A stretch of 64,000 nt of DNA from a virus. Taxonomy: Duplodnaviria > Heunggongvirae > Uroviricota > Caudoviricetes. The notes under the pieces were generated by a model that worked only from the letters and a program-made list of their open reading frames with translations, did no database searches and had not been told where the DNA came from. The translations under genes and the position numbers were made by a program. Positions within the stretch are counted from its first letter, which is position 1. Every line of letters starts with the position of its first letter. Location of the stretch: IMG/VR virus record IMGVR_UViG_3300027710_000009; one strand, given 5' to 3'. Shown in pieces: positions 1-9,522 of the stretch.

Positions 1-147
1 GGGCAACGGATGATGACAACTGGTTGTTTGTCCGCTACCTAACCATATGGTAGCATTATACCATTTGGCTCCGCAGAAGCTGGCTGACTTGATGTCAATA
101 ACTCTGCGTTTGTATTCCAAATCTGTTTCGTTATTCAGTTTCGGCAT
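1..147 (-). CDS. N-terminal part of a twitch/SPASM-type radical SAM protein (runs off left edge)
   Basis: Manual translation from ATG at 147: MPKLNNETDLEYKRRVIDIKSASFCGAKWYNATIWLGSGQTTSCHHPLP. It matches the N-terminal C-x-AKW...SC-x-HP segment of the neighbouring 131..1492 protein. Confidence 0.75.
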   Translation of the reverse strand, partial: MPKLNNETDLEYKRRVIDIKSASFCGAKWYNATIWLGSGQTTSCHHPLP

Positions 148-1492
148 GATATTTGCACTCCTGCCAGAATTCCGTCATCTCTGGAAATGTTTGTAAAAAG
201 TCTGTGCCACGACGCCGATCATGCTCTGCAAAGAAACGATAAAAGTCTGCACGTTGTGTTGTCAGTGCTGGCGGAGTTTCGTGCATCCATGCTAGATTAC
301 GTTCCATACGCTGTATCTCGTAGTCTTTGAATCCCACAAAGCCATCCGTCATTTGATTTTCTTTCATGAAACCAATCACTTGTTCCAGTTTGTATTTGTA
401 ACTTGCTGGCAAGGTTTGTATGCTTTGCCAGGCAGGTGTGCGTAGCAATGGTGTATCAAACCACACACGCTGATAGGTCTTGCTGTGTCTAGCACGTAGT
501 TCTAGTATGTAATCCAATAGATCGTGTAGGCCAGTGATATTCAAATTGTTCATGGTAATGATAAATGTTAAACTATTCTTATACGGAATGTCTGTCAAGT
601 ACCTGTCTACATTGTCAAGGCAACGTTCAAAGTCTAGTCCATTGCGTATGTATTCAGCTTGAGCGGCTATACCGGTGTCAAGGCTAACATACTGCATGAA
701 ATGTTCTATCTGTGTGTTGCACAGTTGTTTCACATAACCAAGATATTTGTCCATTAGCTTGGGCTCTACGCTAAAGTTACTGGTCACATCCAGGTGTAGG
801 CCATTAAGCGGTAGCGCCAACACATAGTCAAACACACGATATGTATTGTGATCCATGAGTGGTTCTCCGCCAGTCATACGAAAATGTTTTAATCTTGGAT
901 ATAAGGTAGGCCACCAATCCCAGAATGCGTCAACATAAGGATTATGATCTCTTGCAGGAATAGGCCGGCGGCTACCAGTAAAATGCTCAGGGCTATTATG
1001 AGGTGTAGCAGTGGGATAGGCTCCGTGGGCATTAACTTCTGCTTGCCAGCTAGAACTAAATTGTGGACTACAATAACTGCATTTAAGATTGCAAGCATGA
1101 TTAAAATTGACTTCAACGTAACTAGGTATAACATCTTCTTCTCCTGTATTTGTTTTAATACTGTTAAGGTGTTCTGCGGCCCACGGCTCACCAGAACGAT
1201 AATGTCTGTCACTTAGTTGTCCGTTGTCTTCTGCTGACCAGCAGTAGCCGCACTCTGATGGTCGTTGATCTTTCAGCATGATCACACGCTGTTGTTTTTT
1301 GTATGGGGTGTTGTGCAATGCACCTGGGTTGTCTTTTAATAATTCTGCTGGTATTTTGTGTAACGGTGGATGGTAGCAGGAATTGTTCATTCCGGTGGCC
1401 AAATGCAAACTAACTTGTTGCCATTTGGCCAAGCAGAGAGCTGGCCCAAGTTTGGCCTTCATATCCTCTGCGGCTTGCATAAAATCACTCAC
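131..1492 (-). CDS. Radical SAM protein with N-terminal twitch/SPASM-like Cys cluster
   Basis: CNLKCSYC (CxxxCxxC), MTGGEPL glycine motif, extra Cys in LCLAKW, SCYHPP and ECGYCW. Confidence 0.85.
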   Translation of the reverse strand: MSDFMQAAEDMKAKLGPALCLAKWQQVSLHLATGMNNSCYHPPLHKIPAELLKDNPGALHNTPYKKQQRVIMLKDQRPSECGYCWSAEDNGQLSDRHYRSGEPWAAEHLNSIKTNTGEEDVIPSYVEVNFNHACNLKCSYCSPQFSSSWQAEVNAHGAYPTATPHNSPEHFTGSRRPIPARDHNPYVDAFWDWWPTLYPRLKHFRMTGGEPLMDHNTYRVFDYVLALPLNGLHLDVTSNFSVEPKLMDKYLGYVKQLCNTQIEHFMQYVSLDTGIAAQAEYIRNGLDFERCLDNVDRYLTDIPYKNSLTFIITMNNLNITGLHDLLDYILELRARHSKTYQRVWFDTPLLRTPAWQSIQTLPASYKYKLEQVIGFMKENQMTDGFVGFKDYEIQRMERNLAWMHETPPALTTQRADFYRFFAEHDRRRGTDFLQTFPEMTEFWQECKYHAETE

Positions 1493-2408
1493 GTGTCATT
1501 ATACCTTTATTTGTAAAATTGCTTTTGTAGTGATGTTTGAAAAATGCACTAGGCTCTGGGTCCAGATCCACAATGTTCAACCCTAGTTGTCTGCGCAGAA
1601 CATCTCCTACAGCAGTGCAGTCATCTGCGTCATGCTGTTGATATGTGTTCCAGAGTTTTTGTAGCTCGTCAAAATCCTGTACCTTTGTGTAGTCCCAGTC
1701 ATTGAGCATGGTCATGTACGTGCCACAGCGAGCTCCATACACAGCCCAAAAGCCATTGGCATCGTCGGCACCAACACTTTGCCATATGGTCAAATGATCC
1801 ATGTTACGTGCATGTACCCGTGCTTTGAATTCAGCAAGGCTAGGACGTTGTCCACGATCCAAGCACATCTTGACACCTTCACGAAATCCTGCTCTCCAGG
1901 CCTGATGGGGTGTTTGATTGGGATAGGTAGTTGAGTAACAATCGTGCATGGCCCAGTAGTTGGGGTAAAAACAAAATTCCACGTCATTTGCCGCCGTGCC
2001 GTCTGTGGCTTCGTGTGTGCGCATGTTCTCAACAAAATCTTGAGTCCAACAACTCAGACCACCATTGCCATACATCAATCCGTTGATTGTGTTGCGGGCT
2101 TTCCAGCGGAACACACAATCCCTATTAGTATCATCAAGGGATAACTGAAGATTGAAAAAACCAGGATCAGGAATATTATCGCCATCAATAATGATAAAAC
2201 GATCAGTGTCACTGGCACGGCCAGCAGCCTTGTGGGCCGCATCACTTCCTTTAACGCCGTCCACACGCTTGGCCCATGGGACCATGTTTTTGATACGTAT
2301 CCAGAATTCTTCTTTCTTTGGCTCGTCATAGGTCAAGAATATGCAATCTAAATCTGCAATATCAATCAATGTTGTTTGTGTACCTTGTGACATTTTCGTA
2401 TTCTTCAT
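1485..2408 (-). CDS. Putative GT-A fold glycosyltransferase-like protein (start probably 2393)
   Basis: DCIFLTYDEP N-terminus and IIIDGDN DxD motif. Confidence 0.55.
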   Translation of the reverse strand: MKNTKMSQGTQTTLIDIADLDCIFLTYDEPKKEEFWIRIKNMVPWAKRVDGVKGSDAAHKAAGRASDTDRFIIIDGDNIPDPGFFNLQLSLDDTNRDCVFRWKARNTINGLMYGNGGLSCWTQDFVENMRTHEATDGTAANDVEFCFYPNYWAMHDCYSTTYPNQTPHQAWRAGFREGVKMCLDRGQRPSLAEFKARVHARNMDHLTIWQSVGADDANGFWAVYGARCGTYMTMLNDWDYTKVQDFDELQKLWNTYQQHDADDCTAVGDVLRRQLGLNIVDLDPEPSAFFKHHYKSNFTNKGIMTRE

Positions 2409-2745
2409 TTGGATCCAGATGTAAACTCATGTGATCTTTAACAGTCACATGTTCGCCAGTGTCGCTTTCCTGTAATTGTAGCACAGACCTAGCACGTAAG
2501 TCAAAGAAAACCAATGCACCATTTTTTACTTTGGTCAAACTATCAATGCGATCCCATTGTTCTTCAGTTATATCAACAAAATCATTGGGCAGATCCAACC
2601 ACGGTGGACCCATGACCATATCAACTATTTTACCGCTAGAGTTATAGTAAGCTCTGCGTTTGTTTTTAACTTCGTGCAGTGCTAGATTGTCCTGCTCTTG
2701 CATGAACAGTTCAATGGCTTTTTCGAATTCGGTAGGCATGTTCAT
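2362..2745 (-). CDS. Hypothetical protein
   Basis: Open frame in the operon; GGAG RBS upstream of ATG 2745. Confidence 0.55.
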   Translation of the reverse strand: MNMPTEFEKAIELFMQEQDNLALHEVKNKRRAYYNSSGKIVDMVMGPPWLDLPNDFVDITEEQWDRIDSLTKVKNGALVFFDLRARSVLQLQESDTGEHVTVKDHMSLHLDPNEEYENVTRYTNNID

Positions 2746-3559
2746 ATTTCTCCAGTAATAAATCTGTGGCCCAGTGTTTGTCATGGTAGTGAAATGGGTG
2801 CAGTTGATCCTGGGCACTTACTCTTATGTATGGCGGCACTGTTTCAATAACCAATTCTTTCATCCATTGCTCGCGAGGAATTCGATAATTGATAGCTGGC
2901 TTCATGTGCGTCATTTGGAAAAAATTCAACTCTGGTAAAGTCACAAGTTCTACACCTGTCAGCTTTGCGGCAACTGCAAACACCATGTCGTTGCTGCCAG
3001 GGTCTTCACAGGCTATTAAATTTTCACTCACTGATTTCCAATCTTGGTACACACGTCTTGCATGCTCAAACAATGCAACGGCTGTGTGACTTTTGCGCCA
3101 GTACATGAGTCCAGTGTACACATCAGGTAGTTCGTTTTGATCAAATGTTTTTCTATAAGCTCTAACATCAGAAACGTCTCCAAGATAGTTTCTACAGCCT
3201 GTGCTAATCACAACATCTCTAAGACGTAATGCTCTCCACCAGTGCGCAATACTACGTGTAAACAGTAAATCAGCTTCAACCTTGATAGTTTCTCTAAACG
3301 GAGTCAGTCTGGCCAACTGCCAGCTGTTGCGTTGTTTCCATTCTTGATCTTGTGCATCATCCAAGTCTAGTATGACCACATGGTCAAACACTTTGCGTAT
3401 GTGGTCCGCTGTGGCGTCCCAGCTGACTTGATCTGTAATCAGTGCATAAGGCAAGTCGGGATCTACCAGTGCAAGACTAAGTCGTTGCAAATAGGCCAGC
3501 CGCACATAGTCTGTGCTGGTATTGTTTTGTGCCAAACATACTATGCCTTTTTCAATCAT
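2711..3559 (-). CDS. Putative GT-A glycosyltransferase (GT8-like)
   Basis: KGIVCLA start, TPFRETIKVEADLL (DxD-like), YTGLMYWRKS; paralogous to 3556..4329. Confidence 0.55.
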   Translation of the reverse strand: MIEKGIVCLAQNNTSTDYVRLAYLQRLSLALVDPDLPYALITDQVSWDATADHIRKVFDHVVILDLDDAQDQEWKQRNSWQLARLTPFRETIKVEADLLFTRSIAHWWRALRLRDVVISTGCRNYLGDVSDVRAYRKTFDQNELPDVYTGLMYWRKSHTAVALFEHARRVYQDWKSVSENLIACEDPGSNDMVFAVAAKLTGVELVTLPELNFFQMTHMKPAINYRIPREQWMKELVIETVPPYIRVSAQDQLHPFHYHDKHWATDLLLEKYEHAYRIRKSH

Positions 3560-4329
3560 TGCCGTGCCTGTTGTAGGAATTGATCAAAGCTGGTGCTCTG
3601 CAACCAGGCCTTGCTTTGTACATGCAGATCCTGTCTGGGCAAGATGTCTGCACCATGTTCTGTGCGCACCACCATCCAGTCTTGATTGATATCAATGGAC
3701 TGTACAGGTGCATCCACTGTGGTTATACCCCATGGCATTCTTGTTTGTTGCGGTAACGCATATCCATACAGTATTTTCTCAGCCATGGCAAATGCCATGT
3801 CATTGCGAAAGTTAGATTGTAGTATGCCAAATATCTGTCGATAGTAGCTGTAGTTCTTTTGTATGCGACCCACAAGATCAAAAAAGTGCTGTGCTCGTGG
3901 CCCTTTGCGAAAGAAAAACACTGTGGCCCAGATTGGTTGTAGCCCGCGGGTGTGAAAGGATTGGTCATGCAACATGTGATTGTGATGACAGAACACCAGA
4001 TCGCTCTGGCTAGCAAACAACAAATTCAGTTTGTTTGTTGTGACCAAGTAGTCTGCATCAATTACTATGGTCTCATCCCAGGGTGACAAATCATACACTT
4101 GAAACCTGTTGTGATTCAACCATTCCACACGTTGTTGTGTATCAGTATCATTGCGATGATTAAGCCAGTGTTTGGGTGTGGGTGTGGACACAACCTGACA
4201 GGGAATATCCAGATGATGGCTTGCTAGTTCTAGAGTTTTTTTGGCTATGCCTTGATAATCAATTGAACTAGTGTTGTTTGCTAGTGCAAGTATGCCCCTA
4301 GATTTTTCGCTGGCGCTGAAGTTGTTCAT
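3556..4329 (-). CDS. Putative GT-A glycosyltransferase (GT8-like)
   Basis: RGILALA start, SPWDETIVIDADYL DxD motif, WATVFFFRK, FRND. Confidence 0.6.
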   Translation of the reverse strand: MNNFSASEKSRGILALANNTSSIDYQGIAKKTLELASHHLDIPCQVVSTPTPKHWLNHRNDTDTQQRVEWLNHNRFQVYDLSPWDETIVIDADYLVTTNKLNLLFASQSDLVFCHHNHMLHDQSFHTRGLQPIWATVFFFRKGPRAQHFFDLVGRIQKNYSYYRQIFGILQSNFRNDMAFAMAEKILYGYALPQQTRMPWGITTVDAPVQSIDINQDWMVVRTEHGADILPRQDLHVQSKAWLQSTSFDQFLQQARQ

Positions 4330-4609
4330 GCTGTTGATGCCATCTATTCATTACCATTGAATACTGTTGTTTGCACTGAGCCAGTAGTTCCAACCTTTTA
4401 CAAAGTATTGGATTTCCGTAGGTATCTTCAACAAACACAGTGTCCTCGTCCCATGCACTTAAAAAACACATCAATTCTGGAGTGGCTTTGAATAGGCCAT
4501 TTTCGTAAGGAAGGAGCAGATCCGTTTGAATCTGTTCCTTTAGTTTGAGTTTGTTTCTTTGATAATCGGTTGCTTGACGTATGTCTTGCACCAGTGCATT
4601 GAGTGTCAT
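4298..4609 (-). CDS. Hypothetical protein
   Basis: ORF-track frame; likely start MTLNAL at 4609. Confidence 0.55.
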   Translation of the reverse strand: MTLNALVQDIRQATDYQRNKLKLKEQIQTDLLLPYENGLFKATPELMCFLSAWDEDTVFVEDTYGNPILCKRLELLAQCKQQYSMVMNRWHQQHEQLQRQRKI

Positions 4610-4641
4610 ACACTTACTTATCAGTGCCGGGCATGTGTAAA

Positions 4642-5067
4642 TTAGAAATTCAACACAATGTTGCCGTTGATGATGTTCAATGCACATTGCAAGCGGTCAC
4701 GCCGTGTCCAACTGATCCTACCAAGATCGTAATGTTCCATATGGAATACCTTGCGAACTTTGGTTTTGTTGCTGGTTACATTGACTCGTTTCCAGGATGC
4801 GTTTTCAAACGTATAGCGAACGCCTTCAGCAGTTTTGAAACTCCATCTAGAGCTCATTTCTGTATCTGAACCAACTACATCAAATTTGATAGTATCAGCA
4901 AGCGATCGATTTCTTTTGGCTTCAGCGGCCGCTTGCGAACGATCAATGTGGCCGCCCAGACTCACTAGATCCTTGCCAGTCAAACCCATGAGTTGGCACC
5001 ATTCTAGTAAGCCTTGCAGTTGTTCGTGTTTTGCTTTGTCAAAACGTTTTAATCGAGATAAGTCCAT
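4642..5067 (-). CDS. Hypothetical protein
   Basis: 141-aa ORF filling the gap, co-oriented with neighbours. Confidence 0.55.
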   Translation of the reverse strand: MDLSRLKRFDKAKHEQLQGLLEWCQLMGLTGKDLVSLGGHIDRSQAAAEAKRNRSLADTIKFDVVGSDTEMSSRWSFKTAEGVRYTFENASWKRVNVTSNKTKVRKVFHMEHYDLGRISWTRRDRLQCALNIINGNIVLNF

Positions 5068-5068
5068 G

Positions 5069-5476
5069 TTAGTAAATCAATTGTGTTCGTTGTTGAATGC
5101 GATCGCTGTAAAGTTGATTACCTCGTTCGCGGATCAGTTCTGCGGCATGTTGGGGATCGCTGTTGAACAATTCCCACATGTCACGTTCGCTTACGCTTGC
5201 ATCTGTTTGTATAGTATACACTTCATAGTGACGCTGACTGTTGACCCTAGCACGAAGTAAAATACCTTGTACTGCACGATTTAGAGCCGCACCTGTTTGA
5301 TCTCCAGGGTCGCGAGCTTCTGGATCAGAAAGTATCTGCATCATGCGGATTTTTTCTTCTTCATTACGTAGTCGTTCCAGGGTAGTTAGGTCCAGCACAG
5401 TTTCCAAGCCAGTCATGTCCCAACTGAGTAAAAATACGTTATGTTTTTTCTTTGCCATGTTGATGCCTGTATTCAC
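5069..5476 (-). CDS. Hypothetical protein (start probably 5458)
   Basis: Co-oriented ORF abutting neighbours. Confidence 0.55.
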   Translation of the reverse strand: MNTGINMAKKKHNVFLLSWDMTGLETVLDLTTLERLRNEEEKIRMMQILSDPEARDPGDQTGAALNRAVQGILLRARVNSQRHYEVYTIQTDASVSERDMWELFNSDPQHAAELIRERGNQLYSDRIQQRTQLIY

Positions 5477-5600
5477 GTCGGAGCCAATACTTGTATCTGT
5501 TGAAATAATCTTTTATTTCGTAGTCACGCTGTTGACTAAACAGTTCAAGTTCATCTTTGTGTTGCATCCACATTTCCTGCAACCAATGTCTAAAGGTCAT
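5439..5600 (-). CDS. Small hypothetical protein, 53 aa (absent from ORF track)
   Basis: Manual translation MTFRHWLQEMWMQHKDELELFSQQRDYEIKDYFNRYKYWLRREYRHQHGKEKT; GGAGG RBS upstream. Confidence 0.6.
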   Translation of the reverse strand: MTFRHWLQEMWMQHKDELELFSQQRDYEIKDYFNRYKYWLRREYRHQHGKEKT

Positions 5601-5608
5601 ACTACCTC

Positions 5609-6103
5609 CTATACCATGGCTTTGATTAACATATCCAATGCTTTTTTCTCTTCAGCTTTTTCTTCTTCGGTGAGTTCTTTTTCAATGATCTTTTCGCTGT
5701 GTTGCGGAACATAGCCTTCCTCAGGCAGTTGCTCAACCATGGTGATCAACATGCGATACTGTTCCCACGCCGCAGTAACAGATTCATTTACTGTACCATG
5801 TGGTGCAGTAGGAAACAGATCCATCCAGATGTAATCACGCGGCACCTGCATGGGGCTGATGCCGTTGGCACGAGGTTCCAGGATCTTGCCTGAGTTGAAC
5901 AACTCTAGCCCCACACGTTCACATTCCTTTTGATCCAGACCCAACAAATATCCACGACGGTGCATGTATTCGTTAACCACCCATTTCACATGTTCTTCGG
6001 ATGCCATGTGTGTTCGCGCAATAAGACATAGCACATCGTCAAAGGCAACTTCACCACGCACAATGCTACCAAGACACCGACCAAAGCTGAAACCAATTTT
6101 CAT
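5609..6103 (-). CDS. Hypothetical protein (MKIGFSFGRC...)
   Basis: AAGGAG RBS and sigma70 promoter directly upstream of ATG 6103. Confidence 0.65.
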   Translation of the reverse strand: MKIGFSFGRCLGSIVRGEVAFDDVLCLIARTHMASEEHVKWVVNEYMHRRGYLLGLDQKECERVGLELFNSGKILEPRANGISPMQVPRDYIWMDLFPTAPHGTVNESVTAAWEQYRMLITMVEQLPEEGYVPQHSEKIIEKELTEEEKAEEKKALDMLIKAMV

Positions 6104-6126
6104 GTAAACTCTCCTTAGATAGTGAT

Positions 6127-6155
6127 AGTTTAACACAAAGTTGAAATAGTGTCAA
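6127..6155 (-). promoter_or_regulatory. Sigma70-type promoter
   Basis: TTGACA (6155-6150), 17 nt spacer, TAAACT (6132-6127), then AAGGAG RBS. Confidence 0.7.
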
Positions 6156-6505
6156 CTGTTATTTAGATTTTCCAAATATTGTTTAAGGTTATTTCCGTGC
6201 AAACTAAGCATCATGGCATCCTGTTCGCCCATGAGTTCAATTGCATGCCGACTGCGAATATAATACGGAGATGTTAACAAATGATCCAACTGTAGTAACT
6301 GTAGGTTGGTCATTTCTTGTATTTTGAAATGATAAAACTTTACATCTTTGTTTTGTAAAAGTTTTTTGTGTGCGCTGACTGTGAGTCGTAGACTATTGGG
6401 ATTTAGAATATTGCGCCAAATATCTTCTGGAAGGTGGATTGCCTCTGGAAACAACTGTTGTTCCCATTGTCGTTGCCGTCCTGGCTTACGGATAGATTTT
6501 GTCAC
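6152..6505 (-). CDS. Hypothetical protein
   Basis: 117-aa co-oriented ORF. Confidence 0.55.
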   Translation of the reverse strand: MTKSIRKPGRQRQWEQQLFPEAIHLPEDIWRNILNPNSLRLTVSAHKKLLQNKDVKFYHFKIQEMTNLQLLQLDHLLTSPYYIRSRHAIELMGEQDAMMLSLHGNNLKQYLENLNNS

Positions 6506-6773
6506 CTTGTGTCAGAATTACCACACTAAATTTATCAGTCTTGAAAAGACTATTGAGCTTCTTGGCCAAGTTAATGGCATGGCCAGGATTACTGAAACTA
6601 ACCTTTTTGTATTTGGGACCTGGGTAAGCTACCAACATACTTTGATTTTTTAGGTTAATGGGTTTTGAGTCGTAGAACACTGCCCATATTCCTTCGCTGT
6701 TAAGGACTTGGTCGCTCTTGAAGGTGTTTTTATTCACGTGCTCAAGAAGCACTACTGGCTTGGGTCTACTCAT
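6486..6773 (-). CDS. Hypothetical protein (MSRPKPVVLLE...)
   Basis: 95-aa ORF; GAGG RBS and TAAATA box upstream. Confidence 0.65.
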   Translation of the reverse strand: MSRPKPVVLLEHVNKNTFKSDQVLNSEGIWAVFYDSKPINLKNQSMLVAYPGPKYKKVSFSNPGHAINLAKKLNSLFKTDKFSVVILTQGDKIYP

Positions 6774-6818
6774 TATTGAAATTTCCTCTACATTTATTTA
6801 TGCATTAATCTGGGCATA

Positions 6819-7040
6819 TTATTGGAATCCTCCACCATCAATGGAAATTTGTACAATTTGTTCGTTCTGTTGATTGTTGAGAACACTAAGTCGTGCAATT
6901 TCTGCCAGCATGGCAGTGATATCAGCTTGTAGATTGTTTGCCTCAATCGAGGTCATACGCAGTTCTGGCGCACGTGTTTGGTTCATTAATCTGATTTTAT
7001 CGTTGAACCCTAGAATATTAACAGTGGGATTATAATCCAT
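6819..7040 (-). CDS. Hypothetical protein
   Basis: 73-aa co-oriented ORF. Confidence 0.55.
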   Translation of the reverse strand: MDYNPTVNILGFNDKIRLMNQTRAPELRMTSIEANNLQADITAMLAEIARLSVLNNQQNEQIVQISIDGGGFQ

Positions 7041-7500
7041 TTTTTTGCCTTAGCGCCTGTGCTTGTTCTTCTGGATCCTTGAATGGACCAATAAATTCAT
7101 ATCGTTGTAGTGTAATCAACTTAGGGCAATAGACCTTGCTCCAGTGATTGTTCAATCTAACTAGATAATGTCCTGCACAATAAAAGCTCTTGCTTTTGCT
7201 GTCCTTGGTATAGATAGGTAGTTTTTTACGAACATCATACAAGGGATTGTGCGGCTTGCCACTGGCAGGAAAACCATTTACTTCATTGCTGGGAGCAGCC
7301 GATACCTTTTTGCCGTTGCGTAGGAATTCAATGTTGTGACGACTCTTGAGCATGGTAATGGATGGATACTTTTCTCTTTGATCATCTTTGACAAATACCA
7401 CACCGTCTTCAGCGGCCAAGATACTGGCAACCTTTTCGCCGTCTTTTTCCACAATCCAAAACTTGTTCTTAACAACAGGGGTAGCTTTGAGTTCAGTCAT
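7030..7500 (-). CDS. Hypothetical protein (MTELKATPVVKNKFWIVE...)
   Basis: Likely start ATG 7500 overlapping the upstream stop (ATGACTGA). Confidence 0.6.
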   Translation of the reverse strand: MTELKATPVVKNKFWIVEKDGEKVASILAAEDGVVFVKDDQREKYPSITMLKSRHNIEFLRNGKKVSAAPSNEVNGFPASGKPHNPLYDVRKKLPIYTKDSKSKSFYCAGHYLVRLNNHWSKVYCPKLITLQRYEFIGPFKDPEEQAQALRQKNGL

Positions 7501-8011
7501 GATGTCCTGTGTCTTCTCCAATAAATTGATATTTGATTTCATTTTGATTTTCCTTTTTTGTTTTGTACTCTGCGGTTTGTCTAGCATATTCTGCCGCACG
7601 TTTATCCTCACATGGCTCGCAGATAGTTTTAATCCAGCCGCCGCGTGTTTGCTCGCCTGGATTGCCACAACTTTCGCAAGTGACAGCACTCATGCTTTCT
7701 GCCATGCTAACCAGACCGCGAATGTATTCATCACCGCCTGTGTAGTAGAAACGCAAGGTGCCAAACTTTTCCTTAACTTGGTCCAAGGTCACCTGCGGCA
7801 CTTGTTTGTACTGCTTGTAACCTTTTTCAAAGTTCTTGTTGTTATGGTCAATGTGATGTTGGATATTGCTCATCAGCAGGTTCAAGATATTGTACCAACC
7901 GTCGCCGCACTCAAAGCCCCAACACATGCAGGTCTCAGTCACTGCACCGTTGCGATTGACCATCATAGCAGGATACTTCTCGCACAACTGTTTGTCTAGT
8001 TCTTGTCTCAT
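7493..8011 (-). CDS. Hypothetical protein with C-terminal CxxC...CxxC (possible Zn site)
   Basis: GFECGDGW, QVKEKFGTLRFY, TCESCG...TICEPC. Confidence 0.6.
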   Translation of the reverse strand: MRQELDKQLCEKYPAMMVNRNGAVTETCMCWGFECGDGWYNILNLLMSNIQHHIDHNNKNFEKGYKQYKQVPQVTLDQVKEKFGTLRFYYTGGDEYIRGLVSMAESMSAVTCESCGNPGEQTRGGWIKTICEPCEDKRAAEYARQTAEYKTKKENQNEIKYQFIGEDTGHHD

Positions 8012-8012
8012 A

Positions 8013-8264
8013 TTACCACTTGCTCACGTCAGTTAGATCAAGATCAAATGTAAAACGTATGCTAGGACCTATGCCGCTTTCATGACTGATACGCAGTTGA
8101 AAATCATCTACGTCTTTGAAGTGATCAATCATTTGATGCATTTGTTCAATCTGCTTGCGGGTCAAGTGAATGACCTTTTCTTCAGGTGCGCCAAAAGAAT
8201 CTATCTTGAAATTTTTGTTGGATTTGGTAGCCATGTTAGCCTCCGTAGTAGTCGATGATAGCAT
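8013..8264 (-). CDS. Hypothetical protein
   Basis: Co-oriented small ORF. Confidence 0.5.
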   Translation of the reverse strand: MLSSTTTEANMATKSNKNFKIDSFGAPEEKVIHLTRKQIEQMHQMIDHFKDVDDFQLRISHESGIGPSIRFTFDLDLTDVSKW

Positions 8265-8505
8265 CCATGTGATGTATCAGTATTTCATTTTTGCCCACGT
8301 CTTCTGGGTGCAACCAATAGCCACCAGGGTTGGTATCAGTCTTGGGATTTTTGCGCCACTGTTTGAGTTCACTTTTTAGATAGTCTCTATGATTCTTGAG
8401 ACTCTCAAGTGTGATTTGGTCAGCTGTTTCCCAAGGAATTGTTAGGCCTTGTGCTTTGTCTTTCTTGCTCATAATTGATCCTCTGGCCATTCTGAGTGAA
8501 CCCAC
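8236..8505 (-). CDS. Hypothetical protein (start probably 8472)
   Basis: Co-oriented small ORF. Confidence 0.5.
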   Translation of the reverse strand: MGSLRMARGSIMSKKDKAQGLTIPWETADQITLESLKNHRDYLKSELKQWRKNPKTDTNPGGYWLHPEDVGKNEILIHHMDAIIDYYGG

Positions 8506-9002
8506 CCTAGTTTATAAAAGTCATCTTCAATTTCTTGAGTGACTGTGCCTTCTGATACATAGCCTTTGGCGCCAGTTATGTCACCGTTGCCTAGGCCTTC
8601 GCCCATGCCAGAGCAATACCAATCAATATAGTCGCCTTGGCCTAGTATATCTGCCACAATTCCGCCTGCAGAGCGCCAGCTACATGACCAGTGTTCATCT
8701 TTGAGGACCGGCAATACTTCACGCTTTTGCCAACGTATGTTGCACATGGCTGCATAAATGTTTTGCGCATATCCGTCGTTGGCACGTGCTTTGGCCACAA
8801 TCCAATCAGTACTGCGCAAGTCGTATTCTAGATTGTTTTCTTTCCATTCCTCTGTGGCTTCGTATTCGGCTTTTTGAGTTTGCCAGTTCAGCATCATGTC
8901 CAAGAAAGCATCATCGGCTTCCTTGCCTTCTTCTTTCTTGCGTTCGACATAAGCATCACGTTGGAAGGTTCCACGATCTGGGCTTTTTGCTATATCAGTC
9001 AC
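8469..9002 (-). CDS. Hypothetical protein
   Basis: 177-aa ORF with ATGA-type overlaps on both sides. Confidence 0.6.
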   Translation of the reverse strand: MTDIAKSPDRGTFQRDAYVERKKEEGKEADDAFLDMMLNWQTQKAEYEATEEWKENNLEYDLRSTDWIVAKARANDGYAQNIYAAMCNIRWQKREVLPVLKDEHWSCSWRSAGGIVADILGQGDYIDWYCSGMGEGLGNGDITGAKGYVSEGTVTQEIEDDFYKLGWVHSEWPEDQL

Positions 9003-9238
9003 GCTTCAATTCCAAACTGTTGTTTGATACGCTGATTGACGGCGTGAGCGGTGTGTATTGGTTCAACACTATTAGTATTCATCTTGCCAACCCAAGTAGA
9101 ACACACCATACATTCTCGAACAATCAACTTGGCGAACTTTTCTGGATCATCAATTGTGTACTCGGGCCAAGCGTGCTGATTGCCGCTATCATAGCGACCT
9201 CCAGCCTGTGTCCAAAGTTCTCGAATTCGTTCGTTCAT
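8999..9238 (-). CDS. Small hypothetical protein, MNERI...FGIE family
   Basis: Paralog of 9235..9477. Confidence 0.6.
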   Translation of the reverse strand: MNERIRELWTQAGGRYDSGNQHAWPEYTIDDPEKFAKLIVRECMVCSTWVGKMNTNSVEPIHTAHAVNQRIKQQFGIEA

Positions 9239-9477
9239 TCTTCAACTCCGAAATGTTCTTTGATCGTTTTAGCACACTCTCTTTGTCCTTCACGGACTGC
9301 TTCATTTGCCTTGACACTATCTAACCAATCACTGCATGTGTCAGCACGATGATTGATAATATCAGCACATTTAAGAACAATCAACTCGGCTAACATCTCC
9401 ATGCGATGCTGACAGTCTTCACTGATATTTTTGTGTAGACCTTTACTCCGCATCAGTTCTGCAATTCGTTCATTCAT
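9235..9477 (-). CDS. Small hypothetical protein, MNERI...HFGVE family
   Basis: Paralog of 8999..9238; GGAG RBS. Confidence 0.6.
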   Translation of the reverse strand: MNERIAELMRSKGLHKNISEDCQHRMEMLAELIVLKCADIINHRADTCSDWLDSVKANEAVREGQRECAKTIKEHFGVEE

Positions 9478-9522
9478 AGTAGATCTCCAACATCCATACT
9501 CGCCATTCCCTTGTGTTTGGCT

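Noticed and set aside
7493-7689. Possible long dual-coding overlap or programmed frameshift between 7493..8011 and 7030..7689
   Set aside because: Moving the downstream start to ATG 7500 (ATGACTGA coupling) removes the overlap; no slippery heptamer noted.
7388-7999. Long plus-strand ORFs (also 4835..5260, 8786..9352, 13651..14118, 20401..20865, 42610..43053, 46446..46910)
   Set aside because: All lie fully antisense to well-supported minus-strand genes, lack recognisable motifs and fit the strong strand bias as shadows.
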